A stretch of DNA of 64,000 nt, from assembly GCA_950097015.1 (NCBI GenBank), contig CATNEN010000039.1:4216001-4280000 (forward strand), in the 5' to 3' direction. Made by a program: the position numbers and the translations under genes. The notes under the pieces are model-generated. The model was not told where the DNA came from and ran no database searches. It was given only the letters and a program-made list of their open reading frames with translations. Below are positions 10,667-23,800 of this stretch, piece after piece. The DNA is from Macrostomum hystrix. Lineage: Eukaryota > Animalia > Platyhelminthes. Every line of letters starts with the position of its first letter. Position 1 is the stretch's first letter.

Positions 10667-13600
10667 TCCGAACCAGCTGCTGAGAGGGCTTCATTGGTGG
10701 ACCTGCAGCCAGTGAGGCGGCAGTCAGCTGTTGTTTTGTGCGTCAACCAGGAATTTCAACAGCGGGTTCTATCAATCCTGAGTGATAACAACTGCGATGT
10801 AGTTCCTGATCAGACGCCTGAAGCTGTTGAGGCAGCTGATCGAGCTGTCATGGTGGTTCCAGTCGGATTGCCTTATCAACAGACTGATCGGTACACATCG
10901 ATCGTGGCGGTAAGAGTTATTTTACCATCTTTAAGTTTGTTCGAATTTTCGCTAAATTCAAAACGATGCTTTTTTCAGAGGGCAATCGAGTGCAACAGGG
11001 GCATCCTAATCGTTGAAGAAAAAGCTCGTGCTGCAGAGCGTTTGTTTGAGAGGCTTGGAAGATGTGATTCAGTCAAGCGAGCTCTGGCTGTGAATATAGA
11101 CATGGAGTTGCAAAGTTGGCTAAAGAATGGTGAGGCTTGTCCTTCCAGTTTGATCATTTTTTATATTAGTGCAAGTTTATTGACAGAAAACTGCTGCTTC
11201 GCCCACTTCAGAGCTGCTGTTCGTTCTACCCGTTGGCGACTCCGGGGCCACCGAAAGCCAGAGGACAAATTTCGAAAAGCTGATCAGCACCCTGTTGCGT
11301 TCCGGCTACCGACTGCGCCTAAGGCAGCCTCATAAATTCGAATGGAACGAAATTTCTGACAATATGGCCGAGTGTGACAAAGTGATCACTGTTTACTTTA
11401 GGCCACCAGGAAAAATCTCAAGCCACGCTCGTGGTCACCTCTACCAGATGGCTTTCGACCGGATGATTGCTATAAGAAAAGCGATCATGTGCATTGTAAA
11501 GATGTACGCCTCATATAGTGGCAGCGATGAAGACAGTGTGCTCGAAAATCACCGAATTCTAAATTTCGTTCACACTGTTGAATCTTCCGACATATCGCAA
11601 ATGCTGGCATCTGTCAACTCATGGCTCACGGAAGAGAAAATTGCAAGAGTCAGTAAGAGCATGGTCTTTGACAGTCTTGGAAATGGGCTGGCTTGGCAGT
11701 ATGCAACTGGATTTCTAGCCTACATCTTGCCTAATATCAACAGAGTAATAAGCAGAGAAATTATCGATTCTGATGGCCTCGTTAAAGCCGATCAGCTCAG
11801 ACAATATGGTCTCCAGGATATTAATCCTAAAAATATTTTCGTACTGAAGAAGTATTTTGTTCTCCTGAAAGAGACTGACATTGACTGCGACCGGCATGTA
11901 AATCCGAATCCATCGGAACTATTTCCCAACTGTCGCAAAATTGATCGTGTACGCCCAGCAACAGACCTGAGCCAGGGTGCTAGCCTGTCTCCTGGTACTG
12001 AAAATGTTTCCGCTGTGCAAGCTGATTCACACCAGCCCACCGAGTGCGCTAATCAATGTCTACTACTGACATTTGAAAGTCCTGGGTATCCTAAGATGAT
12101 TCCGCTTTACTTAGTCGAATTGGATCAGGAAATAGTGATCTCTTCTTTGGAAGGTAAAACGGAGCGGTACACCCATGTTATTATCTTGGGCGGCTTCGCA
12201 CCTCCTGTCACTGTCATTCGCGAGCTTCGCAGACCTAAAGAGTTGGATATCACGGAAGATATGCTGCACAATGCGTACACACTCTTTAAAGAAGAATTGC
12301 AGTTTATTTTAAACCACCCGAAGGCAAATAATTTACTGGCAAAGTTTGGCTCGGTTGATGTTTCACTCGAAGCCCCTGCCAATCCTGATAAGGCGGCGTG
12401 CATCATCGAATGGAAAACAACTGGAACCGAAGAGGAATGGCACCAACTGTTTTTGTCTCGCATCAAGGAGGAGATTTTCAATGACCGATGCAACGAGCCA
12501 ATAAGATCAATTGATGAACTTGTCCACAATGACGTTTTGGTTGTTAAGTTTTCAAAATCCGTTGAAGATCTCCATGATGCTGTAGTTGAAAGGCTTGAGC
12601 GCGAAGGCTTCAGTGTGGAAAATTTTCAACTTTTAAACAAAACTTTCGCGCAAGTGCTTGTCAGGTGTCAAAGAATGGTACTATTTGCATCTCTTGAGGA
12701 TTTAGAGAATTTCCAGCGTGACTACAACAGCTACGACTTTAAGGATTCTCGCCATAACTACTTGCTTAGAGACATCACGTCTGCTGTGACCTACGTATGT
12801 TTAGTCGTCGATCGCTTTAATTTATTTTATAATATTACTTTTTTATGAATATATATATTCATACATTATATTAATATACAGTATTATTGATTTAAAGTTT
12901 TATCATTTTAACTCTCTGTATTTTAGATTCACATGCGACAAGAGTACAATCTGGTTGTTGTCGTTATCACCCAAGAAGTGCAAAAAGACATTTACAGTGT
13001 TCTACCACCGGCGCTTAAGATTCTTCCCGAAAACAATGTTGTTTCAATTGTGAACCTTAGTGCCGACAGATTAGATGACATTCAATACGCCTCTACGGAG
13101 GGAGAAACGAGACATTCTTCTTTTAGCGATCTTATTCGTCGTCTTGGTAAATAAAATTTGACGATGAATAAAAAATCACAATTGGGTAAAATAGTGGAAA
13201 CCGACGGCAATTGAAACGCTTATTCATCTCGCCTTCTATTTTGTAGACCTAAGAGAGCGCTGCATTCAGGTGGACGAAAACCTGCCACTCATGTCTATGG
13301 CCTATGCCATGGCTGCCAATTCATGCTTTGGCTTCGTGCACCACCTCGTCCAGTGTAAGTATATCTGTGTTTTCTCATGTCACTTGACTTGACTGCTGAA
13401 TAATAGAATATTTTCATTATCAATATTGAATACAGGTGAGAAGGCCGGTAATTTGCCGTTCGAGTTGCCATACAAGTACGTGGTGCCTCGCAGTGCGCGT
13501 TATCCCGACTTGAAAAAGTTGCATCACGAGCTTGGCGAGCTGGGTGTTAGCTTTAAAGAGAAGATGTTCCGCAGTGACCAACGGAATTACAGGTTCAGCT

Positions 13601-13935
13601 TGTACACACGGGTGCAAAATTCTGTGGCCACCGAAGTGGCATTCGAAGTTCCCCCGTGTGTGCTGAACCTGCGCAAGCAAGCCAAGTGCGGCCTGGGCGG
13701 CCTTCGACGCACCAAGCTGAGGCAGAACCTCAACGAGTACATAATGGCCTTCCAGACGATGTTGGCTTGCATGAACTGGCAGCACTACGTTAAGGTATTG
13801 GACTGGGCGGACGATAAGTTTCAACCCGATGCGTGGCGCGATCCGACACGCGAGTACGCAGAGAGCCTCCTAAACTTGATCTTCTCTAATGAAGGAAATA
13901 TGCACACCAGTTCTTCTGATCTAGGCCTGGCTTAG
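10667..13935 (+). CDS. Gene A: TIR-TIR-STING-TIR-STING protein, about 930 aa (exons 10667-10909, 10979-11129, 11212-12794, 12927-13146, 13247-13354, 13436-13935); start codon not located
   Basis: Exons join in phase. STING-1: GNGLAWQYATGFLAYILPNI (human STING [20 protein letters not shown]), KKYFVLL, GGFAPPVTVIREL, TLFKEELQFIL. STING-2: AYAMAANSCFGF, YVVPRSARYPD, DQRNYRFSLY, VAFEVPPCVLNL. Three alpha/beta TIR-like segments; these are less certain than the STING calls. Confidence 0.8.
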
Positions 13936-16624
13936 CAGTACATCGGTATATGCTTAACTTGCATTGAGAAAATACTGGCTCCTTTGCTGAATCCAAAGTC
14001 TGTTTTAGCCTATTTGCTCTAACTCATCGTTTTCTTGGCCAACTTCAATTGCTTCTTCCGTGTTTCGGATTTGAGCTCTAATAATATCCATTTTCAATAT
14101 ATGCTCTTTCTTTATTTTAAATGACTAAGTAAGTTTTTCCAAAGGTGTTAATTGCCGTATCATTATAAGTAATCGCCCTTTTTGGTCATAGCTTCGATGT
14201 CATTGAGCCTATTTCTCATTCCATCTTTGCGCTCATTCAGATCTGGCTCGCTTGCGAATGAAATTTACGAGTAATATCATTAGCTAATTAGCCAATCTGC
14301 GTCAGGTACTCGCAAGATTTTCGTAACGATATGTATTGCTTATCTCTGCTCATTCAACTAATACTCTGAGTCCACATATGCAGCAGCTAAGTAAGATTAT
14401 CTCCAATCCCTTACTTTGTCTGCTCCAATAATTTAATTCCATAAAAATATAATATCACACAAGCGTTCACATCACGTAGGTACACCTACTCAAACACACC
14501 TCTGCTGTTCCATATTGGGCATATTTAGCTTTTACTTACCTCTCCTCGGGGTGTTGCACTGCTTTATATCAATATTGTTTGACAGTTTTACTTTATTTAA
14601 TTGCTAATTTAATTTGAAAGCTAAGAAAATTGAAGCGCTTTCCTAAGTGTAATCAATTTCTGCTTTATAGCCATGCTTTGCAGCCATTGTCCTGTACGGA
14701 AATTTATATTTTAACTTGTTAATTCCTCCTGCTATGCTAGGCTTTTCAAATTTTCTGCGCAGTCCTGCTGTTAGTCGAGTCTTTTCCCGCTCTTGTGTTA
14801 AATCATTTCTCAAGTCAGACCTGCCAAATTATTGTTTATTTTATTACCTGCTTATGGTACACAAACTTGTAATTTATTTCATTATTAAATTGAAGTTTTT
14901 CTAGAAGCCGCTATTTTCATTACCTAACCACAATTATGACTTGCTGATTGAGTGATTGTTTGTGTAAAACAATGTCTCTAGCCATCGGTGTCTAACAATG
15001 CTTTTCGCCGGTGTTACCTGCGAATATAGACTACTTTTAGTTGTTATAGTACCTTCTGAACTAACCTATTTTTCTAGATTGTTTTCGTTTCCTTTCTTGA
15101 TTCACATATTGGCTAAAATGCGGGCGTTGTTTTTGATTTGATGTGGTTCCATAATATTTGTGTATTGTTTCATTAGAATGATCATTAAATAAAATATATA
15201 AGTATCCTCGAGGCTACTTCAGGCGTACTCAGTGGCTTTTTCCACGATGCTAGGTGATTCTATAACTCTTTGTTTATATACATTGTTGTTGTTTTAAGTT
15301 ATAAGGGCCTTCAGTTTTACGCCCGTGTTTCAGTGGCAGCTATCAGAATTTCCGATAGGCCCGATCGAGTTGGCATAATTTGTTTATCGGTGAATCGTAT
15401 CAGTTCAGTGTTGAACCTACTTTTAATCTGCTCTTAAAATATAGACTTAAGGCTTGTTCACACTGCTGTAGTGTTGTAAGCATATTTTGTTGTTATTTCT
15501 GTCTTATAGTTTAGCGTAGAGCGCGTGTTCCGGCTATTTTTAGAACAGTAGAAATAATTAAAGTTGAGAAATTCACGCCTAGCCGGTCCGGGCCAGCCAG
15601 GTGGGCAGACGCCAACCACCCCATCAACTCTATCCCTGGGCTGGAGGCCCGGCCAATCAGATTGCGATCCGGCCTCGTTGAATTTCTACCCCGGCGCCCT
15701 AAGGCTTTAGAAAGTTGTCGCAGGTCTACAGGCTCAAGCTGCCAGCCACCCCCGCCCTAATCAGGGGTCAGTTCGGTCTCTTTTTACAGTTTTCAATTGC
15801 CCGAGTATAAGTCTAGTTTTATACTGACTGACTGACTCGAATTTAAGTCTGGATTCAAGCCTTCGTAAGTCTGAGCGGCGAGTAAAATAATTTACGAGTA
15901 AAAAATGTTACTTAATCTGGGAGATCGCAATTGTGAGCATCAACATAAACTCTTGAACTCATCATCAATATTCATCACCGCTGCTACTATTGAACCGCTT
16001 GGTAGTACACCGACCCCGGTGAGTAGGCAATTAGTAGCTAGCTTTAAATCCTCTTGATGCTCTAAGTAGGTTTATCTAGGCCTTTTGTCAAATATTACAC
16101 TGCGTACAAATGACTTGTTTTTGTGTACAACTTATGCTAAAAGGAACGGTTAATGAGTCATCTAAACAGTGTGAACGAGCCGAGTCCACGAATGCAAGCT
16201 AGTAGTCGCACGCAAGTCTATATCGGTCTCATTGTTTGCGCTTGGCACATTTTCCTTTTATTTCTATGGCATAGCTCTGAAGCTGTTGTTAATATCAAAC
16301 AGACTCGTGCTTTCTTAAGAAGCGCTTGCAAACTATAACAGATTTACAAGTATAATACGTAGCAGCCAATTGAAAAGCTCGCTTTTTGAAGCTCGGCTGT
16401 GGTCCAAATGGCAATCCAAGCGCTTTCAACTGCAGCCGCGGTTGCAGCTGTGTCTGTTTCTACTCTGCCTTGCTAGCTGAAACAGCTTGCTAAAATCTAA
16501 TCTTAACCTGCTGTCGCTGCGCCGCCAATGCACATAACATATTTAGTTTATACATTCCCTGCACTTCTGCAAAATCAAGTTTCACCTGACTGTATACTGT
16601 AGTTTAGCGGCACCCGAGCCTGAC

Positions 16625-18558
16625 GTGAACTGACTAACTAATAACTGTACTGTGAACTGACTAACTAATAACTGTGTACTGTGAACTGACTAACTAATAA
16701 CTGTACTGTGAACTGACTAACTAATAACTGTGTACTGTGAACTGACTAACTAATAACTGTACTGTGAACTGACTAACTAATAACTGTGTACTGTGAACTG
16801 ACTAACTAATAACTGTACTGTGAACTGACTAACTAATAACTGTGTACTGTGAACTGACTAACTAATAACTGTACTGTGAACTGACTAACTAATAACTGTG
16901 TACTGTGAACTGACTAACTAATAACTGTGTACTGTGAACTGACTAACTAATAACTGTGTACTGTGAACTGACTAACTAATAACTGTGTACTGTGAACTGA
17001 CTAACTAATAACTGTGTACTGTGAACTGACTAACTAATAACTGTGTACTGTGAACTGACCAACTAATAACTGTACTGTGAACTGACTAACTAATAACTGT
17101 GTACTGTGAACTGACCAACTAATAACTGTGTACTGTGAACTGACTAACTAATAACTGTACTGTGAACTGACCAACTAATAACTGTACTGTGAACTGACCA
17201 ACTAATAACTGTACTGTGAACTGACTAACTAATAACTGTACTGTGAACTGACTAACTAATAACTGTGTACTGTGAACTGACCAACTAATAACTGTGTACT
17301 GTGAACTGACTAACTAATAACTGTACTGTGAACTGACCAACTAATAACTGTGTACTGTGAACTGACCAACTAATAACTGTGTACTGTGAACTGACCAACT
17401 AATAACTGTGTACTGTGAACTGACCAACTAATAACTGTGTACTGTGAACTGACCAACTAATAACTGTGTACTGTGAACTGACCAACTAATAACTGTGTAC
17501 TGTGAACTGACTAACTAATAACTGTGTACTGTGAACTGACCAACTAATAACTGTACTGTGAACTGACCAACTAATAACTGTGTACTGTGAACTGACCAAC
17601 TAATAACTGTACTGTGAACTGACCAACTAATAACTGTGTACTGTGAACTGACCAACTAATAACTGTGTACTGTGAACTGACTAACTAATAACTGTACTGT
17701 GAACTGACCAACTAATAACTGTACTGTGAACTGACCAACTAATAACTGTGTACTGTGAACTGACTAACTAATAACTGTGTACTGTGAACTGACTAACTAA
17801 TAACTGTACTGTGAACTGACTAACTAATAACTGTACTGTGAACTGACCAACTAATAACTGTACTGTGAACTGACCAACTAATAACTGTACTGTGAACTGA
17901 CCAACTAATAACTGTACTGTGAACTGACCAACTAATAACTGTACTGTGAACTGACTAACTAATAACTGTGTACTGTGAACTGACTAACTAATAACTGTAC
18001 TGTGAACTGACTAACTAATAACTGTACTGTGAACTGACTAACTAATAACTGTACTGTGAACTGACCAACTAATAACTGTACTGTGAACTGACCAACTAAT
18101 AACTGTACTGTGAACTGACCAACTAATAACTGTACTGTGAACTGACCAACTAATAACTGTACTGTGAACTGACCAACTAATAACTGTACTGTGAACTGAC
18201 CAACTAATAACTGTACTGTGAACTGACCAACTAATAACTGTACTGTGAACTGACCAACTAATAACTGTACTGTGAACTGACTAACTAATAACTGTACTGT
18301 GAACTGACCAACTAATAACTGTACTGTGAACTGACTAACTAATAACTGTGTACTGTGAACTGACTAACTAATAACTGTACTGTGAACTGACTAACTAATA
18401 ACTGTACTGTGAACTGACTAACTAATAACTGTACTGTGAACTGACCAACTAATAACTGTACTGTGAACTGACCAACTAATAACTGTGTACTGTGAACTGA
18501 CTAACTAATAACTGTACTGTGAACTGACTAACTAATAACTGTACTGTGAACTGACTAA
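16625..18558. repeat. 27/29-bp satellite (gtgaactgacYaactaataactg[tg]tact), about 70 units
   Basis: Direct tandem repeats with a TG indel and a T/C variant. Confidence 0.97.
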
Positions 18559-18987
18559 AGTCGTGTCCCGTGCAGTTCTTATTTTGATCTTACAAATGAG
18601 CAAACAAATGACGGACAAAGCTGACTTTCTCGTCGCAGATGCAAGTCCAAAGCATGGTCACAAGAACCTCAGTGAGCATTCTAAGAATTCCCGCACGTGG
18701 AAGTTACACATCTTTCTACCTTGTCGAAGCCTTTACTCTATCTCAAGCGAAACAAAAAATTTTATAGTCAATAGTAGCTTCTCGTGCTTGATCAATCGAT
18801 TAGTTAAGAGCGAACAACTCGAACAAGCTTATTTCTGATATCAAGCAATCTGATTTCTGATTTCAAGCAATGTGGGGCACCTGCAGTTTCAAAATTTAAA
18901 GGCTGCGTGACTGATGAGTATTCGTTTCAACAGTGTGCCTTTTGTCATAACCAGCAAGCAATATGGTACAGGTATACTTGTATGAAT

Positions 18988-19320
18988 CAGGGGTCGGTGG
19001 CAGAAGCGGCTAACGCATTTGCCTCGCGCACCAAGGTCCCTAGGCTCGATTCCACGGCGAGGCCGCATTCATTTCGGGCCCAGCTGTGGAGAGAAGGCAT
19101 TGGGGGCTTATCGTGCAATTAACGCTCTTTGAGGGCAAACCTCCAAGGACACAGTGAAAGTGTTTACTGTCTGACGATGAGTGAAAAAGTGCCTGCGTAC
19201 AGTATCTGTGTGCGTATGTGCTCAGGAGTCAGCGAAATGGGCAAAATTGCCTCCTCGCTGGTTGTTGGTCACTAAATTATGTGCCACTGCCCGCAGCCCT
19301 CCAGCAATTGTTATTGTTAC
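18988..19320 (+). mobile_element. tRNA-derived SINE family 2
   Basis: ggggtcggtggcag head, B-box-like ctcgattcc, and body shared with 19.9-20.2, 53.1, 54.3 and 61.4 kb; ends in tta repeats. Confidence 0.8.
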
Positions 19321-19849
19321 TATTAATATAACTATTGCTTGCATGAATTATTGTATGAAATATACCATGATTTGTTAGAATCTAGACCAATTTAATGAAC
19401 ATTTTGTTTCACTACAGCCAAGATGCTCCTACTTCTACCTGTGATAAAATGTGGAGTTCCTGTATGGATTTTTAATTCCCGACCCAATGCCGTCGCTTCC
19501 ATGCTTACAACTTTTATTGAAGCGAGTCGTACCAGGTTTCCAACCTTGAGCAGCCGCTAAGAATAACAGCCTAACAGGGCTGCCCGGGCTGGGTCTGTAT
19601 TGACCCGGGGCGCATCCGTGGAACTGCCGTGGATATTCAGTGGAATTCACGTGTTTAGTTCGCTAATAAGGCTAGCGAATGATTCTGCTAGCTTTGCCGC
19701 GGTTTTCTAAAAAAATATTTTAGCTGCGCATGTCATACAGCGTCCCGACTCCTGACACTGTCGGTTTCATTGAAGATTCTTGTCACAAGCGTTTTAGCAA
19801 AAATTTTACTGAACTCTATAGGCTTAAAATGGTAAGCGTGGCCCATATA

Positions 19850-20220
19850 TAATAATAATAATAATAGTAATTGCAGGAGGGCTGCGGGCAATGGCACATC
19901 ATTTGGTGACACTAGACCCTCGGCCAGCGAGGAGGCAATTCTGCCCATTTCGCTGACTCCTGAGCACACACGCACACAGATACTTTACACAGGCACACAC
20001 TCACACAGGTGTGTACATCTGCCATGACTTTCTCATTGTCAGGCAGTGTACACTTCACTGTGCCTTGGAAGTTGGCCCTCAAGGGCGTAAATTGCACGAC
20101 AAGCCCCCAAGCCTTCTCTCCCGCGGCTGCGCCCCAAATAAATGTGGCCTCGCCGTGGAATCGAACTAAGGGACCGTGGTGCGAGAGGCGAACGCGATAA
20201 CCGCTCTGCCACCGACCCCC
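19850..20220 (-). mobile_element. tRNA-derived SINE family 2, full length
   Basis: Reverse complement reads ggggtcggtggcagagcggtta...gttcgattcc...gcccgcagccctcctgcaatt(att)n. Confidence 0.85.
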
Positions 20221-20888
20221 CATTCTGACCCATGCTTTCAAGATTAAGTAAATCAGAAAATCAGATTTAATGATCTAGTTCATTTTATTTACGAACAAAG
20301 TTTTTTGTTCAGTTTCTGTTGCTCGTATACCGTCCGAGAAGTGAATTCTATCGATAATGAAAGGCAGGGTAGTTGAAGAACTCGGTCGTGCAGTATTCGA
20401 AGTACAAGGTTCTTTGCTCCTGAATACTCATGCAGTTCGCGGAATATTTCAGTCGCTAATATTGCCGTTATTCTTAGTAGATAATGGCTTAATGGTTGAT
20501 TGGTGCAACAAAATTATTGGTGCAGGCCAAATGTCTATGGCCCACGGCGCAACCACCCCCAGCCGAAACACGCACCAATGGCAAAGTGACAGCGACAGCG
20601 ATTGGCCAGTTCAATCTAGACTTAGAAGTTTTTCAAACGTCTTTGACAAATACTGGATCGATAACAATCTCTTCCAACCCGTTCCTTTAATACAGGAGCT
20701 AATAACGGAAGCTGCAGATCTGTGCCTTGGACAAACACGCTCGAAATGTGTAAAAAGTACACACTCAACACAATTGTGATTTGACAACCGGCTTGACAAC
20801 TCGCTTTAACTATGAATTTATACTACTACGATATGTACATATGTAATGTTTACAATACAAGCATTTTTACGTTTTTAGTATTTTGTGG

Positions 20889-23800
20889 CTGAGAATGGCA
20901 GACTGAGAATGGTAGACTGAGAATTGTAGACTGAGAATGGTAGACTGAGAATAGTAGACTGAGAATGGTAGACTGAGAATAGTAGACTGAGAATAGTAGA
21001 CTGAGAATAGTAGACTGAGAATGGTAGACTGAGAACGGAAGACTGAGAATTGTAGACTGAGAATTGTAGACTGAGAATAGTAGTCTGAGAATAGTAGACT
21101 GAGAATGGTAGACTGAGAACGGAAGACTGAGAATTGTAGACTGAGAATTGTAGACTGAGAATGGTAGACTGATAATGGTAGACTGAGAATGGTAGACTGA
21201 GAATAGTAGACTGAGAATGGTAGACTGAGAATAGTAGACTGAGAATGGTAGACTGAGAATGGTAGACTGAGAATGGTAGACTGAGAATTGTAGACTGAGA
21301 ATAGTAGACTGAGAATGGTAGACTGAGAATAGTAGACTGAGAATGGTAGACTGAGAATAGTAGACTGAGAATGGTAGACTGAGAATGGTAGACTGAGAAA
21401 AGTAGACTGAGAATGGTAGACTGAGAATGGTAGACTGAGAATGGTAGACTAAGAATAGTAGACTGAGAATGGTAGACTGAGAATGGTAGACTGAGAATGG
21501 TAGACTGAGAATAGTAGACTGAGAATGGTAGACTGAGAATAGTAGACTGAGAATAGTAGACTGAGAATGGTAGACTGAGAATGGTAGACTGAGAATGGTA
21601 GACTGAGAATGGTAGACTGAGAATGGTAGACTGAGAATGGTAGACTGAGAACGGAAGCCTGAGAATTGTAGACTGAGAATTGTAGACTGAGAATTGTAGT
21701 CTGAGAATAGTAGACTGAGAATGGTAGACTGAGAACGGAAGACTGAGAATTGTAGACTGAGAATTGTAGACTGAGAATGGTAGACTGATAATGGTAGACT
21801 GAGAATGGTAGACTGAGAATGGTAGACTGAGAATGGTAGACTGAGAATGGTAGACTGAGAATGGTAGACTGAGAATGGTAGACTGAGAATTGTAGAATGA
21901 GAATAGTAGACTGAGAATAGTAGACTGAGAATAGTAGACTGAGAATGGTAGACTGAGAACGGAAGACTGAGAATTGTAGACGGAGAATTGTAGACTGAGA
22001 ATAGTAGTCTGAGAATGGTAGACTGAGAATGGTAGACTGAGAATGGTAGACTCAGAATGGTAGACTGAGAATAGTAGACTGAGAATGGTAGACTGAGAAT
22101 GGTAGACTGAGAATGGTAGACTGAGAATGGTAGACTGATAATGGTAGACTGAGAATGGTAGACTGAGAATAGTAGACTGAGAATGGTAGACTGAGAATAG
22201 TAGACTGAGAATGGTAGACTGAGAATGGTAGACTGAGAATGGTAGACTGAGAATAGTAGACTGAGAATGGTAGACTGAGAATGGTAGACTGAGAATGGTA
22301 GACTGAGAATGGTAGACTGAGAATGGTAGACTGAGAATGGTAGACTGAGAATTGTAGACTGAGAATTGTAGACTGAGAATAGTAGTCTGAGAATAGTAGA
22401 CTGAGAATGGTAGACTGAGAATGGTAGACTGAGAATAGTAGACTGAGAATGGTAGGCTGAGAATAGTAGACTGAGAATAGTAGACTGAGAATGGTAGACT
22501 GAGAATAGAAGACTGAGAATGGTAGACTGAGAATGGTAGACTGAGAATTGTAGACTGAGAATAGTAGACTGAGAATGGTAGACTGAGAATAGTAGACTGA
22601 GAATAGTAGACTGAGAATAGTAGACTGAGAACGGTAGACTGAGAATAGTAGACTGAGAATGGTAGACTGATAATGGTAGACTGAGAATGGTAGACTGAGA
22701 ATAGTAGACTGAGAATGGTAGACTGAGAATGGTAGACTGAGAATAGTAGACTGAGAATAGTAGACTGAGAATGGTAGACTGAGAACGGAAGACTGAGAAT
22801 TGTAGACTGAGAATTGTAGACTGAGAATAGTAGTCTGAGAATAGTAGACTGAGAATGGTAGACTGAGAACGGAAGACTGAGAATTGTAGACTGAGACTTG
22901 TAGACTGAGAACGGTAGACTGAGAATAGTAGACTGAGAATGGTAGACTGATAATGGTAGACTGAGAATGGTAGACTGAGAATAGTAGACTGAGAATGGTA
23001 GACTGAGAATGGTAGACTGAGAATAGTAGACTGAGAATAGTAGACTGAGAATGGTAGACTGAGAACGGAAGACTGAGAATTGTAGACTGAGAATTGTAGA
23101 CTGAGAATAGTAGTCTGAGAATAGTAGACTGAGAATGGTAGACTGAGAACGGAAGACTGAGAATTGTAGACTGAGACTTGTAGACTGAGAATGGTAGACT
23201 GATAATGGTAGACTGAGAATGGTAGACTGAGAATAGTAGACTGAGAATGGTAGACTGAGAATAGTAGACTGAGAATGGTAGACTGAGAATGGTAGACTGA
23301 GAATGGTAGACTGAGAATAGTAGACTGAGAATGGTAGACTGAGAATGGTAGACTGAGAATGGTAGACTGAGAATAGTAGACTGAGAATGGTAGACTGAGA
23401 ATGGTAGACTGAGAATGGTAGACTGAGAATAGTAGACTGTTCTCAGTCTGAGAATGGTAGAAAAGTAGACTGAGAATGGTAGACTGAGAATAGTAGACTG
23501 AGAATGGTAGACTGAGAATAGTAGACTGAGAATAGTAGACTGAGAATAGTAGACTGAGAATGGTAGACTGAGAACGGTAGACTGAGACTTGTAGACTGAG
23601 AATGGTAGACTGATAATGGTAGACTGAGAATGGTAGACTGAGAATAGTAGACTGAGAATGGTAGACTGAGAATAGTAGACTGAGAATGGTAGACTGAGAA
23701 TGGTAGACTGAGAATGGTAGACTGAGAATAGTAGACTGAGAATGGTAGACTGAGAATGGTAGACTGAGAATGGTAGACTGAGAATAGTAGACTGAGAATG

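Noticed and set aside
16625-18558. CRISPR-like array of about 28-bp repeats
   Set aside because: Repeats are head-to-tail with no unique spacers, there are no cas genes, and the context is eukaryotic.
19880-19960. HDV-like ribozyme in SINE-2 (minus strand gcctcctcgctggc equals the HDV P3/L3 sequence)
   Set aside because: No GG for P1.1 and no J4/2-P2 strand follow; the downstream sequence instead pairs with gcccgcagcc as a simple 3' stem-loop. A covariance-model search would settle it.
20005-20055. Hammerhead ribozyme in SINE-2 (ctgaNga-like motif)
   Set aside because: The segment folds as a plain hairpin (gtgtaca-ctgcc-tgac / gtca-ggcag-tgtacac), and the core motif is not conserved among copies.
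18563-20779. ORFs 18563-18838 and 20357-20779 as genes or MULE transposase fragments
   Set aside because: Only a faint motif (FLVADAS); not enough to support a call.
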